Shown in pieces: positions 62,204 to 64,000 of a stretch of 64,000 bases of DNA. The DNA lies in the IMG/VR virus record IMGVR_UViG_644736339_000001. One strand, written 5' to 3'. A model generated the notes under the pieces. That model was not told the DNA's origin. It worked only from the letters and a program-made list of their open reading frames with translations, and ran no database searches. Made by a program: the position numbers and the translations under genes. The stretch comes from a virus (Duplodnaviria > Caudoviricetes). Numbering within the stretch: the first letter of the stretch is position 1; every line of letters starts with the position of its first letter.

Positions 62204-62650
62204 ATGACCGACGGCGAAACAGGTTCCGGCCAGCAGTTTTCTGCCTGGCTCAAACGTCACATCGATCTGCGCGGCGTCAGGACCACCGACGTCATCCGGG
62301 CCGGCGTGGAAGCCAAAGCGTTCTCCAAGGTGACCTTCTACCGCTGGTACAACGGGGAACACATCCCGAACTCCGACAACGCGAAGTTCCTTGCGGAGTA
62401 CTTCGGCGTCGACCCGAGGAACGCCTACGAGGCGGCCGGGCTGACTCACCTGATGGACATGGAAGGCGACATCGTTACTGCCGCCGACCCCGTGGAGGTG
62501 TTCGTTGCCCGTGTCCGCGCCCGCGGCTTCCCGAAGCCCGTCGAAGACCGACTCATTGAGTACGTGAGAGCAGAGATCGAAGAACGCAAAGCGGCGCTGG
62601 ACAAGATGCTCGACGCTGTCGAAGACACCCAGAAGCTTCAGGCTGAGTAG
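62204..62650 (+). CDS. Immunity repressor (XRE-like)
   Basis: FSAWLKRHI...FSKVTFYRWYNGEHIP...LAEYFGV; between cro and the integrase. Confidence 0.8.
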   Translation: MTDGETGSGQQFSAWLKRHIDLRGVRTTDVIRAGVEAKAFSKVTFYRWYNGEHIPNSDNAKFLAEYFGVDPRNAYEAAGLTHLMDMEGDIVTAADPVEVFVARVRARGFPKPVEDRLIEYVRAEIEERKAALDKMLDAVEDTQKLQAE

Positions 62651-62680
62651 ACGCTCGACCGACCGAGTGGCAGGGGGATC

Positions 62681-64000
62681 ATGGCTTACGCGGAGAAGCG
62701 CCCAGGTGGCTGGACCGTCCGAGTCAAGGTCGGTGTTGATCCCGACACCGGCAATGACGTGTACCGGCGCATCAGCAAGGACCCGACCACCGGTCAACTC
62801 TTCGCTACCAAGACCAGGGCGCGGAACTTCGGCAACGACCAGGAAGCTGAGATTCGCGCCGGCACTTGGATTGACCCGAAGAAGGCCGAGACCACCCTGG
62901 CCGACTGGTGGGCCGACTGGATCAAGGCACAGGAAGTCGACACCGGCACCATCGCCTTCTATGACTCGCTGTGGCGCAACCACCTGGGGCCGCGTTGGGG
63001 CGCCACGACGCTGGGGGAGATCCGCCGAGGCAAGTTCACGGAGTGGCTCAAAGGTGTCGGCGCTGGAACTATCGAAACCGGCCCTGCGGACAAGCGCGTG
63101 ACTCGCAAATACGCGCCCCGCACCATCAACGGCATCGGCAAGCTGGCTTCCCTCATGCTGGAGGACGCCGCCGAGGAGCAAATGATCGGCCGCAACCCGC
63201 TGGCGCAGGAGGGTCGTAAGCGCACCCGGGGACGCAGGGCTACGCGGCGCAGAACCACGATCAGGGTGAAGCTCGACGTTAGTCCAGCTGAAGTGATGAT
63301 GATCGCAGTCAACATGAATGAGCTGTGCGGGCCGGTCGGGTTCGTGCGGACGGTTATGGCGGCCTGGACAGGGGCGCGTCCCGGCGAGCAGGCAGCGCTG
63401 AAGCGGGATCAGTGCCACGCCATGGCGGCGCGCCCGCTGATCCGTATTGACGACGACGAGGGCACCACTCAGGAATACGGCGGCAAAGTAACGCTCGCCC
63501 CACCGAAGGGCGGCCTTGGCCGAGACGTCCTACTGCCCCCCTCGCTAGCGACCCTTCTCACCGATTGGCTTAAGACCCACCCGGCCGACAGCACCGTCGT
63601 CAAGGGGCCCCACGGTGACCACTGGCGGCGCCGGCAGTGGAACGAGCGGTGGCGCCCGGCGTGCGACGGGAAGCCGGAGTTACGGCGAGTCGGGCGTCAG
63701 TTTGAGCCCACCGGGGGCTGGGTTATCAGCCCGGTCGTGCCGCGCCTGGAATTCAAGGGGCTGCGGCGGGCGCACAACGTGTGGATGACCGATGACGGGA
63801 TCGCGGAGGTGGCTCGCGCGCATCGGCTGGGGCATGCGATGTCCGATGAGATGCAGGCGGCGTACTCGGTGGTGTCGAGGGAGATGGAGCGGAAGCTGCT
63901 GGACGCGCTCGAGAGGCGATGGCAGGAGGCGCTGAGCCCGGAAGCTTGGGAGATCATCTCCCAAATCTCTCCCACCCTCGCCAAGAAACGTTCCAGCTAG
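62681..64000 (+). CDS. int: Tyrosine integrase
   Basis: Arm-binding N-terminus, TGARPGE, PPK, FKGLRRAH, RLGH, AAYS. Confidence 0.92.
   Translation: MAYAEKRPGGWTVRVKVGVDPDTGNDVYRRISKDPTTGQLFATKTRARNFGNDQEAEIRAGTWIDPKKAETTLADWWADWIKAQEVDTGTIAFYDSLWRNHLGPRWGATTLGEIRRGKFTEWLKGVGAGTIETGPADKRVTRKYAPRTINGIGKLASLMLEDAAEEQMIGRNPLAQEGRKRTRGRRATRRRTTIRVKLDVSPAEVMMIAVNMNELCGPVGFVRTVMAAWTGARPGEQAALKRDQCHAMAARPLIRIDDDEGTTQEYGGKVTLAPPKGGLGRDVLLPPSLATLLTDWLKTHPADSTVVKGPHGDHWRRRQWNERWRPACDGKPELRRVGRQFEPTGGWVISPVVPRLEFKGLRRAHNVWMTDDGIAEVARAHRLGHAMSDEMQAAYSVVSREMERKLLDALERRWQEALSPEAWEIISQISPTLAKKRSS

Larger units (their letters stand above)
1..64000. mobile_element. Temperate actinophage/prophage: early, replication, accessory and lysogeny arm (no structural genes in window)
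   Basis: Integrase-repressor-Cro-Xis switch at right end; RecET-like, Rep, SSB, WhiB, RusA-like genes; many short ORFs with ATGA/GTGA/TGATG/ATGNNTGA overlaps. Confidence 0.93.

Noticed and set aside
14908-63418. Long Arg/Ala/Pro-rich antisense ORFs (e.g. 14908-16071, 23157-24503, 39835-41037, 53736-55052, 57953-59194, 62132-63418)
   Set aside because: Shadow frames of real genes in high-GC DNA; no motifs or translational coupling.
1-64000. CRISPR array, rRNA, Ro60/TROVE, reverse transcriptase, structural or lysis genes
   Set aside because: No repeat-spacer periodicity or recognisable motifs seen by eye.

Overview
High-GC actinobacterial (Streptomycetaceae-like) temperate phage/prophage arm containing only non-structural genes. 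From the right end: tyrosine integrase (+), repressor (+), then divergent Cro-like and excisionase-like genes opening a ~48 kb minus-strand train of translationally coupled early genes. That train includes YqaJ/RecT, HNH, Dam, DUF5131, RusA-like, C5 MTase, ParB-like genes, an HNH-repeat protein, a Rep initiator with internal iterons, SSB, ASCH, HicA-like, WhiB, LuxR, SLOG, T4-type RNA ligase + Pnk, and a tnpB-only IS200/IS605 element. The left ~13 kb is an accessory region with Ku, an SCO6735-like macrodomain and a 40-aa precursor + PIMT-type methyltransferase (imiditide/pamtide-like RiPP) that the ORF track does not resolve. The most unusual element is at 12.7-13.9 kb. A conserved-looking 243-aa protein gene is followed directly by two tandem circularly permuted tRNA-mimic RNAs (T arm, loop-closed acceptor stem, D arm; YrlA-like). 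The first carries ~10 six-nucleotide periodic repeats, and no Ro60 gene is in the window. Family/DUF names are from motif recall, not database searches.
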